This document shows positions 27,701 through 40,187 of a stretch of DNA of 64,000 nucleotides, in pieces. The notes under the pieces were generated by a model. It was given only the letters and a program-made list of their open reading frames with translations. It did not search any database and had not been told where the DNA came from. The position numbers and the translations under genes are program-made. The stretch comes from Thalia democratica (lineage: Eukaryota), in contig OZ241827.1 in assembly GCA_965202585.1 (NCBI GenBank), positions 85,126,001 to 85,190,000 on the forward strand, written 5' to 3'. Position 1 is the stretch's first letter. The number at the start of each line of letters is the position of its first letter.

Positions 27701-30700
27701 TAATTTCGAAAGTAATTACGATCATCTAATGTGAAAAAGAAAGTTTACTGCCACTTACTTGAAAGCAAATAATAAGGTAAATATTTACCGAGTGATTAAG
27801 CAAATTTGTTTGGCAAACATTCCTTACCGTGGGAATAATGATAAAATTGTTAATTCTGAGAAGCAGTTTTTCAATTAATGCAATTTGATAACTTTTTTCT
27901 ATTGTTGAATTTTACATAGAATGAATAAACAATCACTACGAAATATTTTCATTTTACACAGAAAAACTATAATTTCAATGAAGTGTATACTTTTTCAAAC
28001 GTTTATGAATAAAACTAGTAACATATATGTGGTAAGTGGACTCTTGTCAAAAACATGTCTAAACGACAAATACATATTCGTACAGAAGTACCTACTTAAA
28101 AACCACGTTGTATTATTATGTGAATTGAAATATTGTAAATTGTTTGTCAAGCACGAATTTATTTTTTTCTCTGTTAGTATGTAATAAAAATATTTTTACT
28201 ATGTAATATATATGTTTTGTATAGTTTGTACTACGTTTTTTTTCATGATTGTTTTGGTTGTAAGGATATGTTTAGCTTGTGTGAACATGTTTATAACCTA
28301 ATTATTTTTTAAAATCTAAAAATACATTAAAAATATAGAAAAAAATTAAATATTTAAAACTAAAATGTTATACCTAATGAAGATTATTTTTATAATATAT
28401 AATTTAAGATAACATAAGTATAAACAAACTACATTGAAAAATCAAACTTGAATAGTTCACTAAAAACGCCTACATAAGTTTAACTAAACGGTGGGCTAAA
28501 CTAAAAATGCCCAGAGTTCATTCACAAAAAAAAAAAAAGTTTAAATTAGGTTATAAACTTTACAAAAGTATAGTGAATTCTTTTGATGTTTAAAAGTTAT
28601 ATAGTGTCATTTGGAATATTTGCCAAGGGAGTTTCAAATAGTAGCAGTCATAAGTTTCTTATTATTTGTTTAAACGGGTGTGTAGCTTCAATACAATGAT
28701 TATGCGTTTTATCAATATTATTATCACAAGTATGGCAATTTTCACTTAGTCATACGTTGCCAAGTATCATAGGAAGTTATATTGCATAACGGTTTAAAAC
28801 AGTTTAATTTTGGTTATAAACAAACTTGAAGTTTATTAAATGTGTATTCTATGTTTAGAGTTTCATTTAATTAGCTCTACAGTAGCAATCAAATAGACAA
28901 AAGCCTTTTTCTTCTATGTTTTAACTTCATATTTTTAATCTCTACTTACTAAACAGTGCATTTTAAAAGAGCTCTTTAGAACAATGTAAACTCTTATGTA
29001 TTTGTAAAAAAAATGGTGTAAAATCAGCTATTTAAGATTTAAAAGTTTCAAATTAATCCGTGTAGACTCAAATTTAACAACAACTACAAGCCAGCTTTCA
29101 CCACAACACTCGAAAACACAAACAGAAACCACTTGCGCAAATTAGTTTATACAGCGGCCTTTTGTTGTTTACAAACAAAAACATTATGACGTCATAACAG
29201 AAACAGGATGTTGTGACAACAAAACACTTGAAAATTAACACTTAATATTTTTGTCGTCAAAATTTGGAAAAATTGAGAACACTTTCCGTAAAAGCGTCTG
29301 GATAAGACTTATGTAAAACTTAAAGTTTCCCACAGTGCTCTTACTAAGTTGTTTATTTTGAAATTCTCAATAGTACGGTTTTTTTATTCCAAATCTTGAG
29401 AATTTTAGCAAACAATAAATGAAATAAATTCTAAAGCATTAAAGTTATTAGACATATACCTAAACAAAATTCTCAATGGTAAGGTTTTTTGTACCTAATC
29501 TTGATATTTTGTTTAGGTCTATGTCTTGTAGTTTTAAAGCTTCAAAATATATTTTCTTTATCTTGTATGAACAGTAAAGTTTTGTTTATTAAGTAGATAT
29601 ATTGAAAATTTAAATTCTATTTATAATATTTTATCTTTTGAGACTTTTAATAAATTCATAAGTTTTTTATATTCTTATATTTAAATAAAGTTACTCAAAA
29701 TATTAACTAAATAGTATGTGGATTTGATTAGAAATTATAATAAATAATATCAACAGGGCGCACTGTCGGTGCTGATGCTGGTTAGCGACAACATCGACGA
29801 TCTGATCAACTACGTCGGTTTCGCCAACTGGGTGTGGTACGGTGTTGCTGTGGGGGGCATGGTCTACTGGAGGTTCAAGTACCCAGAACTCAAGCGTCCC
29901 ATAAAGGTTTGTTATTTGTTTTTATATTTAGTAAGTATTGTAATTAATTAAGTACCCAAAACTCAAGCGTCCCATCAAGGTTTGTTATTTGTTTTTTTAT
30001 ATTGATTTAATTATTCACAGTAGTAGTATTGTATTATAGTATTTTAGTGATTTTGATATTAAAGCTCCTCGAATCTTCCTGGTATGTCAAATATTCTTTA
30101 TTGATTTTTTTTTACTTTCTCGCAGACGCAGATTTAAAAAGTAGTTCAATCAAAAATAATTAATTAAATTAAAGGCTTTGTTAATTTTTAAGATATTTAG
30201 TTTAATGATTAAATTTATTCCTTGTTAATGAATGAACCAAGTTACCTAGTTCCAGAATTTTCAATGCTTAAAATAGAAATTATTAAAAAAAAGTTCTCAT
30301 TCAGTATTTCAGCAAACTTTAAGTTTTTTGCACACAAAGTAGTTTAGTATCAAAATTGTTTATGAAGTTTTTTTAAAATCAGTAGTTTAGTTTGATTTAC
30401 ACTTTTTTAAAAAATTCACACCGACTCAAGTTGTTCACAGGTTAATTGTAAATATATTCGACCTTAAAAGATTCCAATGTTTTACTTTTGGTATTTAATA
30501 AAATTTCAAATGTCTTAAAAGTCAGTTTTTAAATCTTCTTCAAGTTTGTTGTAAAATTATTCATACTTTCAACCCACAAAATTTGCATGATGTGTATTGC
30601 AAAGAATGCGGCAAATTGTATCCGTTTTAAATTTCACAAATGTTTAACTTCTGTGTGTGATGTATGTATTTGCCCTGAGGTGTCGAATATACATATTAGT

Positions 30701-33421
30701 ATAAGATGTTTTATAACATAAATCACTCACTTATTACATTCGGTTCTAAGGATATTAACTTTGATGTATTTGAACGGTTTATTAACGCTTTTTTATAAAT
30801 GAATATTTTCTTGATGAATATTTAATCATGTATTTAGCATGTAATACTTGGAATACGTGGCTATTACTTAGATTTTATCAATTTAAAGTAGTGTTTTTAT
30901 AAAAAATAAAAGATTTACAGTTATTTTGAAAATGAAATGTAACACTAAATAGTTGTTGAAAAAAGAGTTTAAAATAAACCATTGTAAACAATTTTGTGAA
31001 ATAAACAGTTGTAAAATATACTTTAAAAGTAATAAAATGCATAGCAAAACTCCTTAAGTTTAAAGTCTTACCACATATTGAACATAAACAAACGCTAACT
31101 TTTTTTTAGGCCTTTATATTAGTAAGTTTGTTATCTTAAAAATAAAGCACGTTAAACTTTTTGTTTATATTTTGTCTCATTCCTAGGTTACTCTATATTT
31201 CTAAAACTTTCTTTTTCAAAATGATATTATTTTTTTTGTTTTAAAGATGAAACAGTAACTATTGCTTTTGCTTATTATTTTTCCAAACTTAAAAAATCAG
31301 TTTTATTTTTGCTGACCAAAAACATTGATATAAAGTGCTATTACTTATCCTTTGTTTGTAATTTTTCTTATTTGCTTTAAAAAATTTAATTATTTATCAA
31401 CTTTGTCGCACAAAATTAAAAGTTTTGAACTTTGAAATTCTTACTTTAAAGGTCAAAATTTTAAAATTTTATCTTATTTGAATTAAGTGATAAAACTTTA
31501 TCAGATATACATTTGATAAAACTTTTTATTTAAATACATAACAGATAATAAGATAAACTTACCCATGGTTGAACATAAATAATTTATGTTTAAGATTAGT
31601 AGTTTTTAGATATCGAATGTATAGTTTTTCGTATGTAACTTACAGTTTTTGTAATTTCAAATGTACAACTGTTTCATTTAAATAAACACCACAAAATAAC
31701 AAATCAACACAACTGTCAACTTATATAAGCGACGTAAAACGTCACGGTCGAGTAACTCACATAACTCACATGACATGCTTTGTAAATCTGAATACAAAAG
31801 ATATGTTAACTGCCAAGTTTACATTGTAGTGATTTGTTGTTCGTACTTCAAAATTCACGAGACTTTTATCTTTCCTGTTTTTTTTAATCCAACATTTATG
31901 TTAAGTATTATGTAATATAGGTTTTAGGATGTAGATAAGTTTTATGCAAAGAATTTTGTAACTCTAAAACAAACAAACAAAATGTTAGTTTTTTTTTTGA
32001 TATTATGTATATACTTTTTTATATTTAATTGTTTGAAACACTGTGTTCACTATAGATACAGGATTGCCACACACTCAGGGAAACTTAAGGAATACTGATT
32101 CCCTTTTTTTAACTCAGGAAAACTCAGGGCAGTTTTGGTTTTTTCTAAATATTTCAGGGAAATTTTAAGATTTTTGAAAAAATCTCAGGGAAATTTTTTA
32201 TAGATCTATAATGAGATTTAGTTAGTCCAGTTTCAATATTTTGTTCAAAAAAGTTAATTTTATTCATTTTTAAGTGCTTAATTAAGAAATTTTTTAGCCT
32301 TGTGGCAAGTTCTTCAATATTCTTAGAATTAAAATGATATTTTTTTAATAAATATTTTTTTTTTTTTTTTGAAAAAACTCTGGGAAACTTAGGGAAGTTT
32401 AAGGTTACTCAGGGAAGATTTTTTCACTCATAGAGTGGCAACACTGTATATAATAAGGAATCCATATATGTTTGTGCTCATAAAAAATGTAATTAAACTA
32501 TTAAATAACAGAAATTGAACATAATATACTCATATATTTTCGCACTAACAAACATAACAAACCAAAAAAAACACTGTTAATAGAAATTATTAATAATAGT
32601 AAATTTACAGATCAACATAATCTACTAATGTGTATGCGTGCTTGTATTATAATAAGTAATAATAACTGTTCAACAGATCAACATAATCTACCCGTGTGTG
32701 TTCGTACAAAAACTAAAATAAATCAAATAAACATTAATAATAAATTTTCAACAGATCGACATAATATACACATTTGTATGCATACTAAAATTAAAATAAA
32801 TCAACAGATCAACATAATCTACCCGTGTGTGTTCGTGCTAGTGTGCTGCTTCATATTGGTGCTGTCCTTCTACTCGGCACCGAAGGAGTGCCTCATCGGC
32901 ACAGCCATCACGCTGTCGGGAATTCCCGTGTATTACGCGTGCGTCGTGTACGAGAAGAGTCACCCCCCATCCATCAACAACTTCAAATGTTTGTTTTTAT
33001 TTATAGTATTTTTTATGCAGTGAATATTTTAGTTTCTAAAAACCAAATATTTTTTTTTCTGGATCACATAAACAACTTCAAGTTTTCGTTTTTCATTATA
33101 GTTTTTATACCAATATTTTCTAACGCGGTATATATATTTTTTGTGGAATTTTATTCGTTATTACTTTTTTTGAAAACTATGCAGCCCATTTAGTTCACTA
33201 AAACATAAATTGTTAAAGAGTAGAAAGCAATATTTGCCTGTTTAACTATTTTGTGTGCTCTGAAATTGTTTGAAATATTAGTTTATAAATATACAGTGTG
33301 CTTAGTTTAACCTTTTAAAATTGTCATCAACAAAAATAATTAACTAATTATATCAACAGCCGGATTCACGAAGTTTGTGCAGAAAATCACAATGAGCATG
33401 CCGCAGGCCAAAGAAGACTAA
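12750..33421 (+). CDS. L-type amino acid transporter light chain (SLC7 LAT family, SLC7A5/SLC7A8-like), 489 aa, 13 coding exons
   Basis: join(12750..12782,13937..14012,14738..14951,15611..15753,17117..17242,19604..19718,21272..21316,24393..24516,25223..25326,26315..26411,29757..29906,32808..32988,33360..33421) = 1470 nt. All introns are GT-AG and all phases are compatible. Family motifs: [29 protein letters not shown], the heavy-chain disulfide Cys in [51 protein letters not shown]. An upstream non-coding exon is likely (TTTTAG acceptor near 12703-12708) but was not located. Confidence 0.95.
16060..18165. repeat. Direct repeats of about 300 bp in transporter introns 4 and 5, flanking exon 5
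   Basis: TTTGATGAATACTGTGGTTTTGTC...AATAACACTT(A/G)TGTGTTACTA at 16164-16378 and 17906-18119; CATAATTCACCTTTGATATTAT at 16085 and 18121. Confidence 0.8.
17555..17772. mobile_element. hAT-like MITE fragment
   Basis: Ends in TGGCAACCTTG, resembling the right end of the 32059-32446 element. The internal AAAAACCTGGAATTTTAAACAATTTTT...ATGAAATTTC(A/G)ATTTGAC segment recurs at about 49030-49185. Confidence 0.5.
22185..22870. repeat. Diverged tandem duplication (about 200-bp homologous blocks) in transporter intron 7
   Basis: TGTTTGATTGACAAAA...TTGTTGTTTTAC...AAAGATTTGTTTTG...TTTGTGG at about 22187-22350 and 22686-22860. Confidence 0.75.
32059..32446. mobile_element. hAT-like MITE in transporter intron 11
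   Basis: TIRs CAGGATTGCCAC and (reverse complement) CAGTGTTGCCAC. Repeated internal CTCAGGGAAA motifs. Flanks TATAGATA and TATATAAT are only an imperfect TSD. Confidence 0.65.
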
Positions 33422-36153
33422 GTTATGACGTCACAAGTGATTGTGTACTGCGTCACATTCGCTGGTCTCAGAGCAGATTTTATTACCAAGAGCTTTATCA
33501 AAATTTTCTATACCTAGTTTTCACATTGCTATTTTCTCTAGAGTTTTTCATTTTTTTTGTATATTAAAAAGTTTATTTGAAATCTTTTTTTTTTCTTACA
33601 GTTTATGACTCAACACATACAATTGTTACTGAATTCCTTTAAATTTTTCGGTGCATTTTTCTCAGAACTTCTGTCTGTGGAAGTCTGATTATTCAGTAAC
33701 AGAAAAATTATTCAGGAAAAAATTCTATTCTAAAACGTTCAAATTTTACTACAGTTCAAGAGACTGTTATTCAAAACCCTTTTTTATCATGTACATATTT
33801 CCAGGCGTTTAAGAAAAAATTAAAGCAAGTCTTCTGCGAAATTCCGTTTCAAACCAAATTGTAAATTAAAACGGATTAATTCTTATTAAAAATTACTAAC
33901 ATTGAAAAACCTCATTGTACTAACTCATAGAACAATTATCTCTGTAGTATATTCAGCAATAAAATATTCTACCTTACTTTTGAATCAGAAACATTAAATC
34001 TAAAATAAAAAGTTTTTCCAAATGTTTAAACAATTAAAATAATAAAGTCAAGTGTATCTTTGTGTACATATCATGGTTTTTTGAAGGTTTTGAATGTTCA
34101 AGACCTAAAAAAATTTCTAAACTATTATCTTAATAATTATTTATTTAGTTATTTTAGATGAATTTATTGAATAGAAGATTTCTAGTGAATGTATATTCTT
34201 GGTACCAAATATATTTTTGACTCAATTTATTTAAGTAATTTTTTACGCAGCAATATGCATATTTATAAAATTTTCTTTCTATGAATAAAAAAACATTGAA
34301 TTTTAAATTGTGATAGTTGTGTGTGTAGAACTTGTTTACATATATTTATTTGATCTTATAATGTAACAATTCAGTGCAAACTTTCAATTTTTTTTAGATT
34401 TTATTTTAAGTTACACAAGATTTTATTTGTTTTATTCTAGTATATTGTACACAATTTGCTTCCAAAAATTTACACATAATTTTCAATTTAATTGCACAAT
34501 AAAGACTGCTTTGAATAAAGTTCTGCTACTTTGTTGAATTGCACTTTTGTTTTAGCAAATTCTTTTTTGTTTTCTTTTTAGAAATCGCGTTCTATTTTAG
34601 TACAATCCAAAAAGTGTACTGAAATTTAAAATTTTATTATATTTTCTCTTAGTCTTGTTTTGCAATAAAATTTTCAGGTTTAAAGTAAATTTATTTTTCA
34701 ACTTTTAGAGGCACATTGTTTATATTTTCGTATGAATTTTTCTACGAGTTTTATTTACATTTAATTTTTTTGAGTCATTTCCCTTACTTTTGGGGAGGTG
34801 CTTATGAAAGGTGTACTGGTTTAAATTTTTACGTCACAATTGTGTTTTGATTGTTACGTCATCATTGAAATAAAACGATGAACTTGATACTGGTTCTTAT
34901 ATGAGTTTGTGTTTAATGTATATATAGTTTGAACATATGTGTTTATTTAATTATCTATGTTTTAGAATTTAGTTATAGTTTTTTGTTTTATGTTAGCTAT
35001 TTATAGGATTTTTACGCAAGTTTATTACAGTTTGTAAATATCTAGTTAACAAATATTTTAATCAGTATTACTTGATCTTACATATACTAATGTATGTTTT
35101 CTAAAAGGTTTTTAATTATTCATTGTAGTGTGAACTGACAACAAGTTCTATGACTAAGTTAGGACAGCAGTAAGCAAAATAAACCATGAAGTTTTAATAA
35201 TCATAAATACTTGTCAAAAATATTGTGGTGTCATAAGAAAATTATAACTAAAAAAATAAACATGTTCTGTTACTGCTAATGCGTAAAAACTTGTTGAACT
35301 CAGCTTATCATATCTATTCCTTAAATATGTACTAAGATTTTTTAGCCAATTTAATGCAAAAGTGAGCAATGTAATTAAGTTAGATAGATTATTATCAAGT
35401 CAAAGATACTTATAAACTTGTACTAGTCTTTAGCTAGCTTTTTTTTACACTAAGCATTGGTAATCTCTGCATTAAACAATAACTTGTTTAACTTATTGAA
35501 GCTATTTAATTAAAACGGTGCATTGTTAATTAACTTCGTTGAGGACTCTTTAAAAACCAAATAAAAGATTTAGGATAATTGTGAAACTTTAACTAACAGA
35601 AATCATATTAGCGTCTTTGCTTCATCACTTATATAACAAAAACCCAATTCTTGTAAACTTAAAAAGGTACAACAAAAAGTGTTTAAATTGTTTCTAATTT
35701 GTTAGAAATTATAACCAGTAGCATCATAAATGGATTTAGTAATGCCTTATAAAATTTACATATTCATATAAAATCAAAAGCGACGTAAGTTTACAAAACC
35801 AAGTAAATATAACGACTGAACTCTATAGGCTTAGTTTAAGTTTTGCATATAATATAAACTAACGACGTATTCTACATTTCAGTTTAAAGCGTTGGTTAGT
35901 AAAACAGGTACACACTCTACTAAGTTTGTATTTAAAAACATTGCTTTAAAAATATAACTTTTGTTAGTTTCAAACGAACGAAAACAACTTGTTATAATAA
36001 TAAAAAGTTTTATTGAAAACAGAATAAATGTGAATGGAAAATGTTGCAATAACTTTGTGCACAATTGAGAAAAAAGACAACATACAAATGTTTTTTTCTA
36101 ACTTTTTTTTGAAGTTATAAACGGCTATCTGAAAGCAATATATAAAATAAATC

Positions 36154-36729
36154 TTAACACGAATAAACAAAATCATCATCATCATCAAACACAAACTCCT
36201 TTCTGCAATGTGGGCAGCTCGGATTTTGATCCAACCATCTGATCATGCACACCTTGTGGTAATTATGGCCACAACTCAAAACAACCATTTTGTCCCCGAA
36301 CATAAAATCCCCCAAACAGATCAAGCATCTTTCCAGGGTCCCGTCGTTCTCATCAACTCTCTTCTTCTGAAACTGATCAAGTCTCCGGTCCTTGACCTCT
36401 GAAGACTTTCTTGGGCCGATCAAGCTTTCTATCTTCGTTTGTAGTTCTATGATTTTTGTTTCTATGACGTCATTTTGGGTTGGAAAAGGGGTCTTTTTAC
36501 ATTTTAATAAATAATTTCCTGGTATGTCAGGGTCAAAGTGTTCGTCTATCTTGAAGTTGAGTTTTTGTGCAGTTTTGAAAAGGCGGTCATTTTTAGCAAT
36601 TTGTTTGCTCCAAAACATGAAATTAATGATGTTTTCACAGTTTGTGCTTTCAGTCAAGCTCTCAAAAAGCTCTAGTTGTTTTCTTTGAAGCTTTTCGACA
36701 GTTTTTATTTGCTCCTTTTCTTTTTTCAT
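36154..36729 (-). CDS. Intronless RING-H2 (C3H2C3) finger protein, putative E3 ubiquitin ligase, 191 aa
   Basis: Open ORF with C-terminal CLIC-x14-C-x-H-x2-H-x2-C-x10-CPHC, the conserved Trp (IRWL), an acidic tail and a charged helical N-terminus. Confidence 0.8.
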   Translation of the reverse strand: MKKEKEQIKTVEKLQRKQLELFESLTESTNCENIINFMFWSKQIAKNDRLFKTAQKLNFKIDEHFDPDIPGNYLLKCKKTPFPTQNDVIETKIIELQTKIESLIGPRKSSEVKDRRLDQFQKKRVDENDGTLERCLICLGDFMFGDKMVVLSCGHNYHKVCMIRWLDQNPSCPHCRKEFVFDDDDDFVYSC

Positions 36730-39142
36730 TATGTTTTTTATGTTTTCTTTTAAAAAGTTAGTAACAATATTAACTAATAATATATCCTAACTTTAATTTT
36801 TTGTGAAAAATAATTTACTATTGCGAAAGTTGCTTAAAAGCAAAACATAACAAAGTCGTTAAAAATATATATATATATCAAAGCTTTCGTTGAACTAAAA
36901 GTACTTTTCCTAATCGTTTTTATTGTTATTACTTTTTTATCAAACTTAATACAGCATAAACTACCGTATATTCTTTTAACTATATGATTAATTATTTTGT
37001 TTAAAAGACCGTTTATTTCAACAAATAAGAATAAAAAAAGTTTTAAAAGTATTTTAAAACAAAACGCTATGGTTTTTGTTTTCAAACCTACAAAAATTTA
37101 CTATCGAAGTTATGCTAAGTTTCATTATGATTATGTAGGTAAGTTTTAAACAAAACTAAAGCTAAAAAAAAATTCTTTAACAAATTCGCAACTTTTTTTT
37201 TACTTTTCACTAATTTAATTTAGTTACTGTTGTTGTTATTGTTTAGCGTTTTTCGTATTGTTTTGTCTACATTACGTTTTTAACACAAAAGTAATTTTAA
37301 GTGTTTTTCCATATAAATCACGTCAAGATTTGCACAATTTTTCAAATTAAATGTTTTATTTTAATATTAAACTTTAAACTGAACAATTTTAAGTCTACTC
37401 AACAAGAAAATAAAAATCGGTGTAACATGAAAAATTATTGACTATTTTGTCTGAAATACTTCTTTTATATCTTATTATTTCATTTTACTTACTTTTATCA
37501 TTTTAAGTAAAATTCAATTCTTAAAAGTTGAACCAAAACAGTCTTAAATTTATCTTAATTTAGTATATATAACTTAAGTTTATAATACAAAATGTAAAGT
37601 ATTTGACATTTTATTGAATTACTTATATATAAAGTCTTGGTTAAAGTTTAGAAAAAGCACATGTTTTTGTTTTTGTTGCACAAAATCGTTACACCAAAAC
37701 AATTTTAAAAACATTTACTGTTTACCACATTTGTTTGTTGTTTATTAGATTTCTTCATACGTCATTTCTTCGAAAAAGCACGTAGATAAAATTTCACTTC
37801 ATTATATAAACTATTAATCAGTGTAGTAAAAAATACAACATATGTACGAATAACATAAGTTCTAAAGCTTAAGTTTTACTGTAAAGTGTAGTGTGCATAA
37901 CATAATATAAAACATAATCGATTGAAATGCTTTACAATTATTTAAACAAAAATTTTTTGTGTTTATTGATTGCAAACATGCAGGTATTTGAAATAGATCT
38001 GTAACAAAACAAAAATATAACAAATACTTTAATTTCATCCAGCTCCTGGCTTAAATAGTAATATAAACTATTGAAATTGGGTAAATGGTTGTAAAAATGT
38101 TCTGCTATGACTTTTTCAGTTAAAACTCACTCTAAAGCCTTGAGATCTAAAAAAACTATTTTTGAACTGTTAAATGTTAAAAAAAACAATTTAAAAACAT
38201 TTAGACCTACCATGAAAAAAATAAACTAAAAATAAATATAAACTCTGAAATAAGCATTTAGTTTTGATTGTTAAGAACACTTTCATTGAATTTAATTATT
38301 AAAGTTTTGTTTTATCGTTGTTAAACTTTGTTTCTTCTAAGAAAAATACTTAATTATTTTGTTTATTGGTAAACACATTTGATCAGACTTTAAACTCAAA
38401 CATTTTAAGGGTTTTTGCATCTTAAAAGTCGTTAACGACGAAATATTGCCATTTGAATATACACTTAGTAGTGATAAAATACTTAAAATATATTAGTGTT
38501 GTAAATTTTTAATGTAACTGTAGTTACGTTTCATTAATAATGTTTTCTGAGAAAGTTTATAAAGTGATACTCCCAAACTCTCGCGACTTCAGAATTTAAG
38601 ATATTTTACTATGATTAAAAAAGTTTTATGGTTTTTATTTTTAAGAGTACTTTAAATAATACAAAAATTCATTTTTACTTAGTTAAAGTAAAACATTTCG
38701 ATACCTTCTACCACTTTAAAAACATTAAAATGTAAAAAAACAAAGTATTTAGTTTTTATTTTCGTGGAAACACGGTATTTTACTTAAGTTATTTTCGTTA
38801 TAGTTAATTTTCAAAAGCAACAAAACACTTTTGTAAACTAAAAAAACATACTTATATAACATTTTTGATCGTAAAAATGAACACTTTGTTATTAATATAA
38901 AAAAAGTATACGAAAAAAGTTTAGTAAAAGTGTTTAATAGGCTGCATACTAAAAAAAATAATTAGAAATAGTATAAAAAATTTTTAGATTATATCTTGAA
39001 TATTTAATTTAATACTTATAAGACTTGGCTAGCAAAGAAGACATCTAAAAAGTAACAATGTCTAAACCTGGACTTACATATGCCGTGACTGGGCAAAACT
39101 GACATCACTGATCATAGTAAAATGATGGTTTCAATTTTGTGG

Positions 39143-39342
39143 NNNNNNNNNNNNNNNNNNNNNNNNNNNNNNNNNNNNNNNNNNNNNNNNNNNNNNNNNN
39201 NNNNNNNNNNNNNNNNNNNNNNNNNNNNNNNNNNNNNNNNNNNNNNNNNNNNNNNNNNNNNNNNNNNNNNNNNNNNNNNNNNNNNNNNNNNNNNNNNNNN
39301 NNNNNNNNNNNNNNNNNNNNNNNNNNNNNNNNNNNNNNNNNN
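39143..39342. other. Scaffold gap (200 N)
   Basis: Run of exactly 200 N, a round placeholder length, so the true size is unknown. Confidence 0.98.
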
Positions 39343-39890
39343 AAAGAGTGCTATCTTTATAAGCTGTTTGAAGACAACTTTTTGATAGGTTTTCTAAGTC
39401 TTAAATCAAGAACATTTTTCTTTACATTTAGAAATGTAATCTTTAATGCTTTGCGTGTATTTTGTTCAAACATTCAAGTATCTCAAAAAAAAGTTTCGGT
39501 GAGATTCAAGCTTTTTTAAAAAATATAGAATTTTAAGAAACTTGTTTTTGTTAGAGCCAATTTACTTTTGGCGATAAACGATAAAAAAATTAATTCTTAT
39601 AGAATGTTTATCAGATAAAACTATCAAATTATGTAAAGTACAGAGATTGTTATTTAACTTATCTTATTTTTAGAGCGTACCCACTTAGGAAGTTAGATTG
39701 TTTCAAATTTAGGTAAAGTTTATACCTACAAAATTTTTGAATCCCTTTTTGAATGCAGAACAAAGTTTTTTATATAAAAACTACTTTACTTTAAAGTAAA
39801 AAAAATCATTAATACGATAATTTTCCTAGATTTGAAATATGGTTTTTGATACTTGACAAAAAACTGTTTTAAAACTCCCTATTCTTACAA

Positions 39891-40187
39891 ATAGGGGTCG
39901 GCAGTATTTGGTAATTTAAAAAAATAAAAGTATTTGCGGGCCGTAGATGTAAATTCTTTTTTTGCTCCTCATAACAGCCCCGAAATTTGAGTTCATATTT
40001 TCCTGTAGATTTACTTATGATCTTTTTTTAGTTTTTAATTTTAAACCTCAGAATAACTAGAGTAAGTTTCGAATAATTCTTTCTCTAGCCGCAAGTTTTA
40101 TCTTTAGTGATCCGAATTCTAATAAAAATAAAAAGTGCTCGCGGGTCGAACTTTTACCCTTTACCGGCCAAAGTTTTCTGACCTCTG
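39891..40187 (-). mobile_element. Degenerate 297-bp hAT MITE, same family as 47610-50649
   Basis: Begins (A)TAGGGGTCGGCAG and ends GTGCTCGCGGGTCG...TACCCTTT...CTGACCTCTG, matching the two ends of the larger element in reverse orientation. 8-bp TSD TCTTACAA at 39883-39890 and 40188-40195. Confidence 0.72.

Noticed and set aside
21555-28184. Short AT-rich ORFs in transporter introns (21555, 22234, 24137, 27921)
   Set aside because: Phe/Ile/Lys-rich translations typical of AT-rich non-coding DNA, with no motifs or exon-like codon bias.
32600-32840. Regularly spaced 20-35-bp repeats resembling a CRISPR array
   Set aside because: The repeats are copies of a eukaryotic splice acceptor and exon start, the spacers resemble each other, and there are no cas genes.
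35879-37085. Overlapping small ORFs around the RING gene (35879, 35970, 36208, 36834)
   Set aside because: Alternative-frame or compositional artefacts with no recognisable domain.
39122-39519. ORFs spanning the N run
   Set aside because: Artefacts of translating the gap.
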